DNA of 64,000 nt, from assembly GCA_021803575.1 (NCBI GenBank), contig JAJZLH010000010.1:11055-75054 (forward strand), written 5' to 3'. How positions within the stretch are numbered: position 1 is the stretch's first letter; each line of letters starts with the position of its first letter. This stretch comes from Bacillota bacterium (lineage in GTDB: Bacteria; Bacillota; Sulfobacillia; JAJZYS01; JAJZLH01). This document shows, in pieces, positions 18,857-27,089 of this stretch. Both the position numbers and the translations under genes were made by a program. The notes beneath the pieces were generated by a model. That model was given only the letters and a program-made list of their open reading frames with translations, made no database searches and had not been told where the DNA came from.

Positions 18857-19551
18857 GAGGGCGCCCGCTGCTGTGGGCGGTGCTGGCGCTGGCGGTTGTG
18901 CTGGGCTTGGCCTGGCTGGTCGGCGCCTCGCCCTGGCTCTCCCTCAGGCGCGTCGCGGTCAGGGGCGGCCCTCCCCAGCTCTTTCAGGACACCGGCCTGG
19001 CCCTCGGCCAGCCGCTCTACCTGGCACCGTTGGCCCAGGCCAGACTCACCCTGCTGGCCAGGGCTCCGTGGCTGGCCAACGCCGTGCTCAGCCGGGTGTT
19101 CCCGGACGAACTGGTGATCGCGGTCACGCCGCGCCAGCCGGTGGCGCTGGCCTTCGTCGGCGCCGGCACCCTGGTCGGCCTCGACCCAAGCGGCGTCACC
19201 TTGCCGGTGAGGCGGAGCGCCGAGGCTGCCTATCCGTATCTGACCGGGGTGGCGGTGCCGGCCAGCCCGTATCAGAAGATCACGTCCTCGGCCGGTCTGG
19301 CCGCCCTGGGCTTCCTGACCGATCTACCGGCCGCGCTGCGCACCAAGGTCTCCGAACTGATCGTGTCCAAGGGCCAGATCACCGTCTTCCTCCTGGCCGG
19401 CACCGAGATTGCGCTGGGTGAGCCGACGGCCATCGCCACCAAGGCCAGGCTTCTGGTGCAGATTCTGGGCGAGGCCCAGGCCAAGGGCCTGACCGTGACC
19501 CGTGTCGACCTGACCCATCCGGCCCAGCCGCTGGTGACGGCCACGCCCTGA
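18838..19551 (+). CDS. ftsQ: cell division protein FtsQ/DivIB (POTRA domain)
   Basis: Basic N-terminus, one TM 'LLWAVLALAVVLGLAWLV', and a POTRA-like 'LRRVAVRG'; sits immediately upstream of ftsZ. Confidence 0.7.
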   Translation: MARRRLRGRPLLWAVLALAVVLGLAWLVGASPWLSLRRVAVRGGPPQLFQDTGLALGQPLYLAPLAQARLTLLARAPWLANAVLSRVFPDELVIAVTPRQPVALAFVGAGTLVGLDPSGVTLPVRRSAEAAYPYLTGVAVPASPYQKITSSAGLAALGFLTDLPAALRTKVSELIVSKGQITVFLLAGTEIALGEPTAIATKARLLVQILGEAQAKGLTVTRVDLTHPAQPLVTATP

Positions 19552-19627
19552 GAGAAGGGAAACGGAGGGGTGAAGAGAAGTGCGTAGCCCTGAGCAGTCT
19601 CGTCATCCGTCCCCCGAGGAGGACGCT

Positions 19628-20716
19628 ATGTTTGAGTTTGAGTCGGCTCCATCTCATGCCGACCGCTCGGCCATCATCAAGGTGGTGGGAGTGGGGGGCG
19701 GCGGCAGCAACGCCGTGAACCGGATGATCGCCGTCGGCATCCAGGGCGTCGAGTTTATTTGCATCAACACCGACCTGCAGGCACTGCGCATGTCCCAGGC
19801 GCCGGTGCAGCTTCAGATCGGCGACAAGCTGACCAAGGGTCTGGGCGCCGGCGCCAACCCGGAAGTGGGGAAAAAGGCGGCCGAGGAGTCCCGGGAGCGG
19901 ATCTCCGAGCACGTGCAGGGCGCCGACATGGTGTTCGTGACGGCGGGACTGGGCGGCGGCACCGGCACCGGTGCGGCGCCGGTGGTGGCTGAGATCGCCC
20001 GTGAGACGGGTGCGCTGGTCGTCGGCGTGGTGACCAAGCCTTTCAGCTTCGAGGGCAAGCGGCGCAGCGCCTACGCCGAGATGGGCGTGGCCAGCCTCAA
20101 GGAGAAGGTCGACACGTTGATCGTGATCCCGAACGATCGCCTCCTGGAGGTGGTGGACCGCAAAACCACCATGCTGGACGCCTTCCAGCGCGTCGACGAC
20201 GTCCTGCGCCAGGGCGTGCAGGGCATCTCCGACCTGATCACGGTCCCCGGCATCATCAATGTCGACTTTGCCGATGTGCGCACCATCATGCGTGAGGCCG
20301 GCTCCGCCCTGATGGGGATGGGCGTGGCCCGCGGTGAAAACAGAGCGCTGGAGGCGGCCAAGTCGGCGGTGGAAAGCCCATTGCTCGAAACGTCGATCCA
20401 CGGTGCCAAGGGGGTGCTTCTCAACATCACCGGCAGCGCTGACCTGGCCATGTCCGAAATCCATGAGGCGGCCATGCTGATTCGCCAGGAGGCGGACGAG
20501 GACGCCAACATCATCTTCGGCGCCGTGATCGACGACCGGATGGGAGACGAGATCCGCCTGACCCTGATCGCCACCGGCTTCGGCGGCGGTGAGCGGCGGA
20601 GTCTGGAACCGATCAGCCGCCGCTTTGACACCGCCACCTTCGCCCCGGCCCCGACTGAAGAGCAGCCCGCCAAGGACGAACTGGACATCCCGTCTTTCCT
20701 GCGCCGGAAGGAGTGA
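19628..20716 (+). CDS. ftsZ: cell division GTPase FtsZ
   Basis: ATG at 19628 (M17 of ORF) preceded by GAGGAGG at 7 nt. '[13 protein letters not shown]' tubulin signature and 'NTDLQAL'; C-terminal 'DIPSFLRR' conserved peptide. Confidence 0.95.
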   Translation: MFEFESAPSHADRSAIIKVVGVGGGGSNAVNRMIAVGIQGVEFICINTDLQALRMSQAPVQLQIGDKLTKGLGAGANPEVGKKAAEESRERISEHVQGADMVFVTAGLGGGTGTGAAPVVAEIARETGALVVGVVTKPFSFEGKRRSAYAEMGVASLKEKVDTLIVIPNDRLLEVVDRKTTMLDAFQRVDDVLRQGVQGISDLITVPGIINVDFADVRTIMREAGSALMGMGVARGENRALEAAKSAVESPLLETSIHGAKGVLLNITGSADLAMSEIHEAAMLIRQEADEDANIIFGAVIDDRMGDEIRLTLIATGFGGGERRSLEPISRRFDTATFAPAPTEEQPAKDELDIPSFLRRKE

Positions 20717-20763
20717 GCCAAGGCCCGCCGAGGCGCTGCGCCCGGACCCGGGGCCGGCCGGGC

Positions 20764-21477
20764 TCAGGCTGGGAACGACTCGGCCGCGATCTCCTGGACG
20801 CGGCGCGCACACATGTCGAGCAGTGCCTCGCCCTTCTCCGGCGTGGCGTGGCGCGGCTGGCCATTCACGGCACCCGGGAAGCGGCTCTCACGCCCCGCTA
20901 GCTCCTTGTAGGTCAGCCTGGCGAGGCGCGGCGGCGTCTGGTCTGGCGTGTCCTCCAGGTGAACCCAGTTCGGATCGATCGCCATCACCGCTGCCGTTTC
21001 GTCGGCGCCGGCGTGGCCAGCCCCCTCGATGATGGCGTCGATCTCCCGGCGAAAGTCCATCCACCAGTGCACGATCACCACGGCGGCGCCGACCTCCGCC
21101 GCCTCCTCGGCGGCCAGGGTCAGGGCGCCGTTGTTGCCGCCGTGGCCGTTCAGCCAGATCTGGCGGGGCAGGCCAGCGCGGACCAGGGCCACTGCCACGG
21201 CGGAGACGTAGCGCAGGAAGGGCCGGGCGGGGATGTCCACGGTTCCGGCGAAGGGCGCCAGATCCCAGGAGTGACCGTAGGGGATTTCGGGCAGGAGGAG
21301 AAATCTCTTGGGGTCAGCCCGCTCCACTCGCCGGCCGATCTCCACCGGAATTACAATGTCAGTGCCGAGCGGCGCATGCATGCCATGGGCCTCGACCGTT
21401 CCGATCGGCAAGAGCGCTACAGGCGACGCTTCCCTCAGAGACGAAAATGCCCGGGAGGTCAACTCACTGATGCGCAT
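20764..21477 (-). CDS. creatininase-family amidohydrolase (creatinine amidohydrolase/ArfB-like)
   Basis: Start at M44 of ORF ('MRISELTS'). 'LLPIGTVEAHG', 'IPYGHS', 'NGHGGN' family motifs. Antisense to flanking ftsZ and pgeF. Confidence 0.7.
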   Translation of the reverse strand: MRISELTSRAFSSLREASPVALLPIGTVEAHGMHAPLGTDIVIPVEIGRRVERADPKRFLLLPEIPYGHSWDLAPFAGTVDIPARPFLRYVSAVAVALVRAGLPRQIWLNGHGGNNGALTLAAEEAAEVGAAVVIVHWWMDFRREIDAIIEGAGHAGADETAAVMAIDPNWVHLEDTPDQTPPRLARLTYKELAGRESRFPGAVNGQPRHATPEKGEALLDMCARRVQEIAAESFPA

Positions 21478-21513
21478 GGCTTCCCCCTTGATCCGTCCTT
21501 GCACCGTCTGTTC

Positions 21514-22344
21514 GTGAGCGGGCCAGGCATTCACCTGCCGGCCGCCGAGGCCTTCGAGCTGACCTGGCGGGGCGAGGTGGCGCTCCTCCAGCCGCCCGGC
21601 TGGCAAGCCTCCGGTGTCGTGGCTGCCGTCTCCACCCGCATCGGCGGCGTGTCAGAAGGGGCCTATCGGGCGATGAATCCATCGCTGTCCAGCGGCGACG
21701 ACCCGGCGCGGGTGGAGGAGAACCGGCGGCGGCTGGTCCTGGCCATCGGCGCCTCCGGCTGGCCGGTCGCCACCGCCCACCAGGTGCACGGCAAGGCGGT
21801 GCACGTCGTGGCCACCCCGCCCGAGCTGGCCTGGGGCCAGGGGATATCGCCGCGAGCCGATGCTCTGGTCACGGCCCTGCCCGGCGTATTGCTGGCGCTG
21901 GTGGTGGCTGACTGCGTGCCCATCCTGCTCCGTGCCCCTGCCGGCCGGGGGGTGGCGGTGGTGCATGCCGGCTGGCGCGGCAGTGCCGCCGGCGTCACCG
22001 AGGCGGCGGTCAGAGAATTATGTCGTCTCACCGGCGCAGCCGCCGATGACCTGGAGGCCGCGATCGGCCCGGCGATCGGCCCGGGATGCTATCCGGTCGG
22101 GCCAGAAGTGAGGCAGGAAATTCTGCTTAATCACCCGTGGGCGCTTGCGGAAACGGCTGACGGCCGCCTCGATCTGCCCACCCTGCAGCGTAAGATCCTG
22201 GAGCGGGAGGGCCTGAAACCAAAGTCCGTATTGACTTCCGGGCTTTGCACCAGGTGCTGGCCGGACCTCCTGTTCTCCTATCGGCGAGACGGTCGGGCAA
22301 GCGGCCGGATGGCGGCCATAATTGGGCTGGAAAAGCAGGAATGA
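21514..22344 (+). CDS. pgeF: peptidoglycan editing factor PgeF (YfiH / laccase-domain, DUF152)
   Basis: GTG at V186 of ORF 20959-22344. 'VVADCVPILL', 'HAGWRG', 'CTRCWPDLLFSYRRDG' are conserved YfiH motifs (His/Cys ligands). Confidence 0.8.
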   Translation: MSGPGIHLPAAEAFELTWRGEVALLQPPGWQASGVVAAVSTRIGGVSEGAYRAMNPSLSSGDDPARVEENRRRLVLAIGASGWPVATAHQVHGKAVHVVATPPELAWGQGISPRADALVTALPGVLLALVVADCVPILLRAPAGRGVAVVHAGWRGSAAGVTEAAVRELCRLTGAAADDLEAAIGPAIGPGCYPVGPEVRQEILLNHPWALAETADGRLDLPTLQRKILEREGLKPKSVLTSGLCTRCWPDLLFSYRRDGRASGRMAAIIGLEKQE

Positions 22345-23051
22345 AGGGGATTTTGACGAATTCAGACAGCGGTGACGGGTTGACAGAACTTCTGGACCGT
22401 TTTCGCGAACTGCGGCAGGTGGTGGCCGAAAGGGCACTCGCAGCAGGGCGTGAGCCGGAGGAAGTGCGGATTGTCGCCGTTACCAAAGGGGTTGCCTTGC
22501 ATGTGGTGCAGGCCGCTCACCGGCTTGGTGTGTCGGACTTCGGGGAGAACCGGGTCCAGGAGGCCAGGCTGAAGGTGCCCCAGGTGGCGGCGGCCACCTG
22601 GCACGGCATCGGGCGGCTCCAAACCAACAAGGCAAGCTGGGCGGTGCGCCTGTTCTCCTGGATTCACAGCGTGGACCGGGAGGAGCTAGTGGGGCCGCTG
22701 GCACGAGCGGCCGCCGAGTACGGATGTCGGCCCAGGGTGTTGGTCGAGGTCTTGACGGCGGCGGACGGACACAAGGGAGGGGTGGTGCCGCAGCGGTTGC
22801 CCTGGCTCCTGGAGGCGGTTGGGAAGAGCGGGCCGCTTGAGCTCGCCGGGCTGATGACCGTCGCATCCCGGGCCGATCCCGAGGCCTGTTTCGCCCGCCT
22901 GAAGGAGCTGCAGCAGACGTGGGTCGCGGAGTATCCGGGTCTCAGGGAACTGTCGATGGGCATGAGCGATGACTTCGGGTCGGCCATCCGGCAGGGAGCC
23001 ACCATGATCCGGATCGGGCGGGCGCTGTTCGGCCCGAGGGACGCCAACTAA
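22341..23051 (+). CDS. yggS: PLP homeostasis protein YggS (alanine-racemase N-domain fold)
   Basis: ATG at M33 of ORF overlapping the pgeF stop (ATGA). 'VAVTKGV', 'FGENRVQE', 'HGIGRLQTNKA'. Confidence 0.85.
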   Translation: MKGILTNSDSGDGLTELLDRFRELRQVVAERALAAGREPEEVRIVAVTKGVALHVVQAAHRLGVSDFGENRVQEARLKVPQVAAATWHGIGRLQTNKASWAVRLFSWIHSVDREELVGPLARAAAEYGCRPRVLVEVLTAADGHKGGVVPQRLPWLLEAVGKSGPLELAGLMTVASRADPEACFARLKELQQTWVAEYPGLRELSMGMSDDFGSAIRQGATMIRIGRALFGPRDAN

Positions 23052-23060
23052 GGAGGATCG

Positions 23061-23504
23061 ATGATGAAGGTGATGGACAAGTTCCTGAACATGATCGGCT
23101 TCGAAGAGGAAGAGGGCGCAGATGAGCAGCCGGTGGGCGAGGAGCGGAAGGAAATGAAGGACAAGGTGCGGCGGGTGCCGCTGGTCAGCCTGCCGGGCAG
23201 CAACGCCCAAAAGGGCGGACTGCATGTGGTGGTCGCATACCCGACCGACGGCAAGGACGTACAGGAGATCGCGGACCAGCTGAAGGGCCGCCGGCCGGTG
23301 ATTGTCAACCTGGAAGGCATCTCCAAGAGCGAGGCGCAGCCGATCCTGGACTTTCTGGCCGGCGCTGTCTACGCCTTGGACGGCCGCCTGGAGCGCGTGG
23401 GGACCGGCATCTTCCTGGTCACGCCGGCCAACGTCGAGGTGCAGATGGATGAAGCCCCGGCCGAGGAAGTGTCAAAGCGCGAGGCGAACTACTTCGGCGC
23501 CTGA
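23061..23504 (+). CDS. sepF: cell division protein SepF
   Basis: Acidic N-terminus 'FLNMIGFEEEEGADE' and C-terminal SepF core 'VIVNLEGISKSEAQPILDFLAGAVYALDG'. Confidence 0.85.
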   Translation: MMKVMDKFLNMIGFEEEEGADEQPVGEERKEMKDKVRRVPLVSLPGSNAQKGGLHVVVAYPTDGKDVQEIADQLKGRRPVIVNLEGISKSEAQPILDFLAGAVYALDGRLERVGTGIFLVTPANVEVQMDEAPAEEVSKREANYFGA

Positions 23505-23544
23505 TGCCTGAGTCTGGCCGAGGGGGAGTGCCGGTCTGCTGCTT

Positions 23545-23799
23545 GTGATCTTCTTGGTCGAGCTCATCGGCAAGCTGCTGATTCTCGCCATCCTGGTCCG
23601 AGCGCTGATGACGTGGTTCTCGCCACCGCGGCCGGGCGGCGGTTTCTGGATGGTGGCGCATGCCCTGGACCGGGTGACTGAGCCGGTGGTCTCGCCCATC
23701 CGGCGGCGCCTGCCCACCTGGGGCGGTTTCGATCTGGCACCGCTAGTGGCGATTGTGGTCGTCTATCTGGTGATGAGTGTGGTGGTCTGGGTCCTGTAG
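23545..23799 (+). CDS. yggT: YggT-family membrane protein (Ycf19/YlmG)
   Basis: 84 aa, two TM helices; conserved position between sepF and divIVA. Confidence 0.7.
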   Translation: MIFLVELIGKLLILAILVRALMTWFSPPRPGGGFWMVAHALDRVTEPVVSPIRRRLPTWGGFDLAPLVAIVVVYLVMSVVVWVL

Positions 23800-23818
23800 T
23801 GACAAAGGAGGCGTCGCG

Positions 23819-24268
23819 TTGCTGACCCCGCTCGACATTCAGAACAAGGAGTTCAAGAAGGGCTTTCGCGGCTACGACGAACAGGAGGTGGACGCCTACC
23901 TGGACGAGGTGGTGCGCGACTTCGAACTGGCCCTCAAGGAGCGGGACGATCTGAAGGCGCAGGTGGCGGAGGCCCAGCGCCAGGTGCAGCAGTATCGGAC
24001 GCTGGAGGAGCAGCTGCAGAAGGCCCTCTTGGTGGCGCAGCAGACAGCGCAGGAAGTGGTGGAGGCGGCGCACAAGGAGGCGCAGCTGATCACCGAGCGC
24101 GCTGATCTGGAAGGGAAGCGGATGGCCGAGGAGGCCAGGGCGTCGGTGCGGGCGGTGGAGGAGGAGGCGGCCAGGCTGCGCAGCGAGTTGGAGGTGTTCC
24201 GGGCCAAGACCCGCTCGCTGCTCGAATCTCAGCTCAGGCTGTTGGAGGGTACGCCTGGCACCGACTAG
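23819..24268 (+). CDS. divIVA: cell division protein DivIVA
   Basis: TTG start at L15 of ORF 23777-24268, preceded by AAAGGAGG at 7 nt. Product '(M)LTPLDIQNKEFKKGFRGYDEQEVDAYLDEV' is the canonical DivIVA N-terminal lipid-binding domain followed by a coiled coil. Confidence 0.85.
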   Translation: MLTPLDIQNKEFKKGFRGYDEQEVDAYLDEVVRDFELALKERDDLKAQVAEAQRQVQQYRTLEEQLQKALLVAQQTAQEVVEAAHKEAQLITERADLEGKRMAEEARASVRAVEEEAARLRSELEVFRAKTRSLLESQLRLLEGTPGTD

Positions 24269-24269
24269 C

Positions 24270-25202
24270 ATGGATTGGATCGGACCGGGCATCTGGCAGG
24301 GGGACGCCTTAGAGGCGGCCTCCTTGTTGCCCTTGGACTCGATCGACCTGGCCTATCTGGACCCGCCCTTTGGCACCGGACGCACCCGCAGCGGCCCCCT
24401 CGGCCGCTATCCGGACGGCTGGCAGGGCGCCATGGCACACGCCAGCTGGCTGGTGCGATGCTGCGTCGGACTCTGGCCGGCGCTCCGAGAGGGGGGAACG
24501 CTCTGGCTGCACCTCGACGCCCGCACGGTGCACCACGCCCGCGTGCTCCTGGACGATCAGCTGGCTGGCGGCACCTGCCGCAACGAGGTGGTCTGGTGCT
24601 ACAACGGCGGCGGGCTGCCCAAGCGCGACTTCCCGCGCAAGCACGACGTGTTGCTCCGCTACGTGAAAGGCAAGGACTGGACCTTTCACCCGGCACGCCA
24701 GCCCTATAAAGCGAACACGCAGGCGGTCGGGCGCCACTCCAGCCGGGCCCGCCGGGTGGCCATTGATCTGGGCAGGGGCACCCCCCACACCGACTGGTGG
24801 ACAGATATCCCCACCGTCACCGGCTGGGCACCGGAGCGGCTTGGCTACCCCACCCAGAAGCCACTGCAGCTTCTGGAGCGCCTGATTGCGGCCACGTCTA
24901 ACCCGGGCGACCGGGTGGTCGATCTGTTCATGGGCAGCGGCACCACCCTGGAAGCGGCAGCCCGCCTCGGCCGTTGCTACCTGGGGGTCGACGCCTCGGC
25001 CGCCGCCTGCGACCTGGCCGCCAGGCGGCTCCGACCGTGGCAGGCGGCGGCCTGGCCGGTTGCGCTGGAGGGGGTGGGGACGGGACAAGCGGGCGGGACG
25101 GCGGAGGTTGGCGCTCAGGTCACCAGCCGCAGGAGGAGCGGGGTCACGAAGCTTTCAACCAAGGCGGCCACCAGCAAGAGGCCGATCGGCAAGAGCGTGT
25201 AG
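24270..25202 (+). CDS. beta-class DNA amino-methyltransferase (N6-adenine or N4-cytosine), no cognate REase recognised
   Basis: Motif IV 'IDLAYLDPPFGTG' is N-terminal and motif I 'VVDLFMGSGTTLEAA' is C-terminal (order IV...I = beta class, like CcrM/M.RsrI/M.PvuII). The ATG sits 1 nt after the divIVA stop. The C-terminal ~55 aa is low-complexity, and the last 88 nt overlap the convergent gene 25115-25717. Confidence 0.75.
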   Translation: MDWIGPGIWQGDALEAASLLPLDSIDLAYLDPPFGTGRTRSGPLGRYPDGWQGAMAHASWLVRCCVGLWPALREGGTLWLHLDARTVHHARVLLDDQLAGGTCRNEVVWCYNGGGLPKRDFPRKHDVLLRYVKGKDWTFHPARQPYKANTQAVGRHSSRARRVAIDLGRGTPHTDWWTDIPTVTGWAPERLGYPTQKPLQLLERLIAATSNPGDRVVDLFMGSGTTLEAAARLGRCYLGVDASAAACDLAARRLRPWQAAAWPVALEGVGTGQAGGTAEVGAQVTSRRRSGVTKLSTKAATSKRPIGKSV

Positions 25203-25717
25203 TAGAGCGGGCGCTGGCGCACGCCGGCCGGGCGGGAGGCGGCGACGGCCAGGCCGATGCCGAAGGCGTAGGCGCCGATTTCAAACACACCGTGCGGTAA
25301 GATGCCGGCCAGCATGACCAGCGGCCAGGCGGCGTGATGGGCGCGGGCGATGGCGGTGACGACCAGGCCGCCGATGATGGCGTTGACAAAGAGCAAGAGC
25401 ACGAACAGGGCCAGGGCGCCGTAGCCCAGCACAAGCCGGCCAAGGCGGCTCTTCAGGCGCAGCAGGAGGGCGGCCAGCAGGACGAGGGCCAGCACCTTGA
25501 GGTTGTTCAGAAAGATACCGAGCGCCCGGGCCAGCGGGGACGGTGAGAACAGCAAGGAGGAGAACATGCTGTGCTCGAAGCCGTGGCTGACCATGGTGGA
25601 GAGGTGGCCGAGGCTGCTGGGACTGAAGCTCTGAGCGAGGGCGCTGAACAGGAGCATCACCGCGAAGAAGAGGAGGAAGACGAACAGGGAAAACCGCCGG
25701 ATCTGGCGCCCTGTCAC
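25115..25717 (-). CDS. polytopic membrane protein, SpoIIM/DUF95-like
   Basis: 200 aa with ~6 TM helices. 'ILPHGVFEIGAYAFGIGLA' resembles the SpoIIM-family 'PHG.FE' motif. Last gene of a three-gene minus-strand operon (4-nt overlap with the upstream gene). Confidence 0.45.
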   Translation of the reverse strand: MTGRQIRRFSLFVFLLFFAVMLLFSALAQSFSPSSLGHLSTMVSHGFEHSMFSSLLFSPSPLARALGIFLNNLKVLALVLLAALLLRLKSRLGRLVLGYGALALFVLLLFVNAIIGGLVVTAIARAHHAAWPLVMLAGILPHGVFEIGAYAFGIGLAVAASRPAGVRQRPLYYTLLPIGLLLVAALVESFVTPLLLRLVT

Positions 25718-26139
25718 CGCCGCACTCCGTCGTCCGGTTGGCCGAGCGCCCGCCAGAGCTGCTCCCAGATGGAGTGGCGCATCATCAGGCAGATATCTCC
25801 GGCCCGGCAGCGGTCGGCTGCCTTGAAGGCATCGCCCAGCAGGTACTGGAGGCGGAGGCGATCGGCGGCACCGAGTTCGACCTCAGACGTGAACAGCGTG
25901 TCCCAGAAGTGGCAGGCGGCGCGCTCCCAGCGGTTTACCGGCACAGCTGGGTCGTAGCTGGGCGGGGTCAGGACCTGAGAGTCCTGCCAGGTGAACTCGC
26001 CGATCCGGCGCAAGAGCGCCTCGTCCAGCACGCAGGCCACCACGTTGGCCAGAAGGGCGGTGGCCGCCTGGCGCTCTGGGCGGTCTGGCCGGGGCAGACT
26101 CAGGCGCACCGTCTCAGCTGACGGCGACGGCTCACTCAC
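25714..26139 (-). CDS. hypothetical protein (141 aa)
   Basis: No recognised motifs. Translationally coupled to both neighbours (overlaps of 4 and 8 nt). Confidence 0.4.
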   Translation of the reverse strand: MSEPSPSAETVRLSLPRPDRPERQAATALLANVVACVLDEALLRRIGEFTWQDSQVLTPPSYDPAVPVNRWERAACHFWDTLFTSEVELGAADRLRLQYLLGDAFKAADRCRAGDICLMMRHSIWEQLWRALGQPDDGVRR

Positions 26140-26908
26140 GCGGCGGATCCCCCTTCAAGGTCAGCGGAAAGACGGTGGGCCGAAGGTCGGAGCGCACTGG
26201 CGCCGGGCTGGGCGCTGGGGTGAAGGTGATCACGGCATAGCCGCCGTCCTGATCACGCTCTTCGGCCAGGTAGGTGGCGGTGTGGCCCGGCGCCGCGCCC
26301 AGGAGCACGAAGAGGTGGGCGAGCTCGGCGTCGGGGTGGCCGTCGATCCAGTGCTGGGCGCCCACGTTTAGGATCTCCGCCCCCTCGCCTTGCTCCAGCA
26401 GGTGACGGAGGGTGCGCTCAAAAGCCTCGGGGCCCTCGCTGTTGCCTCCTGTGCTGCGCGTGGTGGCACCCACCACCACCAGTGCCACCGGGACAGAGGC
26501 CTGGGTGCATGCCGTCTGGATGGCCTCGCCGACCGCCATCGACCGCTCCGGGGCGTGGGGCGGCACGCTCACCGCCAACAGCCCATCTCGCAACTCAGGC
26601 AACCAACGGCCGAGATAGGCCTGGCCCTCCGCTTGCCACTGGCTGTCAGCCGCGTCCGGCCAGAAGTCGCGCTCGGCCAACTGGTGGCAGATCTCGTGGC
26701 GCAGGGCCTGGGCGGTCGGCCCGGACGGCTCTGAGACGGAAAGCCGAGGACTCCGCCACCGGGAGTCGATCATCACGACCTGTCCGACCCCGGCCTGGGT
26801 GAGGGTGGCCAGGGCACGGCCACAAGCCTCGGCGAGTGCGCCGGAGGCACCCGGCATGGCAGCGGCCGGAGGCAGGAAGAGGGGGAGCAGTGCGGGAGTG
26901 GTGGTCAC
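26132..26908 (-). CDS. class-III extradiol dioxygenase (LigB/DODA/YgiD)-like protein with substituted N-terminal metal ligands
   Basis: 258 aa (DODA is ~262 aa). Co-linear, weak similarity to E. coli YgiD recalled from memory: 'PALLPLFLP' vs 'MPALFLGHGSP' (His lost); 'VVMIDSRW' vs 'VVVSAHW' (His to Arg); 'GAQHWIDGHPD' vs 'GNVVHNL...WHGD'; 'HLFVLLGAAPG' vs 'PLLYVLGAWDG'. GTG start. Confidence 0.4.
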   Translation of the reverse strand: MTTTPALLPLFLPPAAAMPGASGALAEACGRALATLTQAGVGQVVMIDSRWRSPRLSVSEPSGPTAQALRHEICHQLAERDFWPDAADSQWQAEGQAYLGRWLPELRDGLLAVSVPPHAPERSMAVGEAIQTACTQASVPVALVVVGATTRSTGGNSEGPEAFERTLRHLLEQGEGAEILNVGAQHWIDGHPDAELAHLFVLLGAAPGHTATYLAEERDQDGGYAVITFTPAPSPAPVRSDLRPTVFPLTLKGDPPRE

Positions 26909-27056
26909 AGGCCCATCCTACCCGAGGCAAAGGCGGCCGACAACTCGGCAGGCGGCTCCCTCGGCAGGCCAGGCCATGGGTGCCGTGACGGCCGCCCCGG
27001 CCGGAGGGCACCGCTTCTGCCTGCCGGGTCTCGGCATGGCGGACGGAGCGGGCGCT

Positions 27057-27085
27057 TTGACCGGCGTCCTAAGCCGTGATACGCT
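27057..27085 (+). promoter_or_regulatory. putative sigmaA-type promoter for the ileS leader (TTGACC-17-TACGCT with TGn)
   Basis: TTGACC at 27057-27062; TGATACGCT at 27077-27085. Weak -10; a guess only. Confidence 0.25.
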
Positions 27086-27089
27086 CTCG

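Noticed and set aside
20717-20763. GC hairpin (CCCGG-GGCCGG-CCGGG) between convergent ftsZ and creatininase genes
   Set aside because: There is no U/A tract on either strand, so it is not a canonical intrinsic terminator. It may be incidental GC palindromy.
19379-20812. 477-aa ORF antisense to ftsZ
   Set aside because: Lies entirely within a high-confidence gene. Long stop-free antisense frames are expected at ~70% GC, and its product is low-complexity (Gly/Ala/Arg-rich) with no start context.
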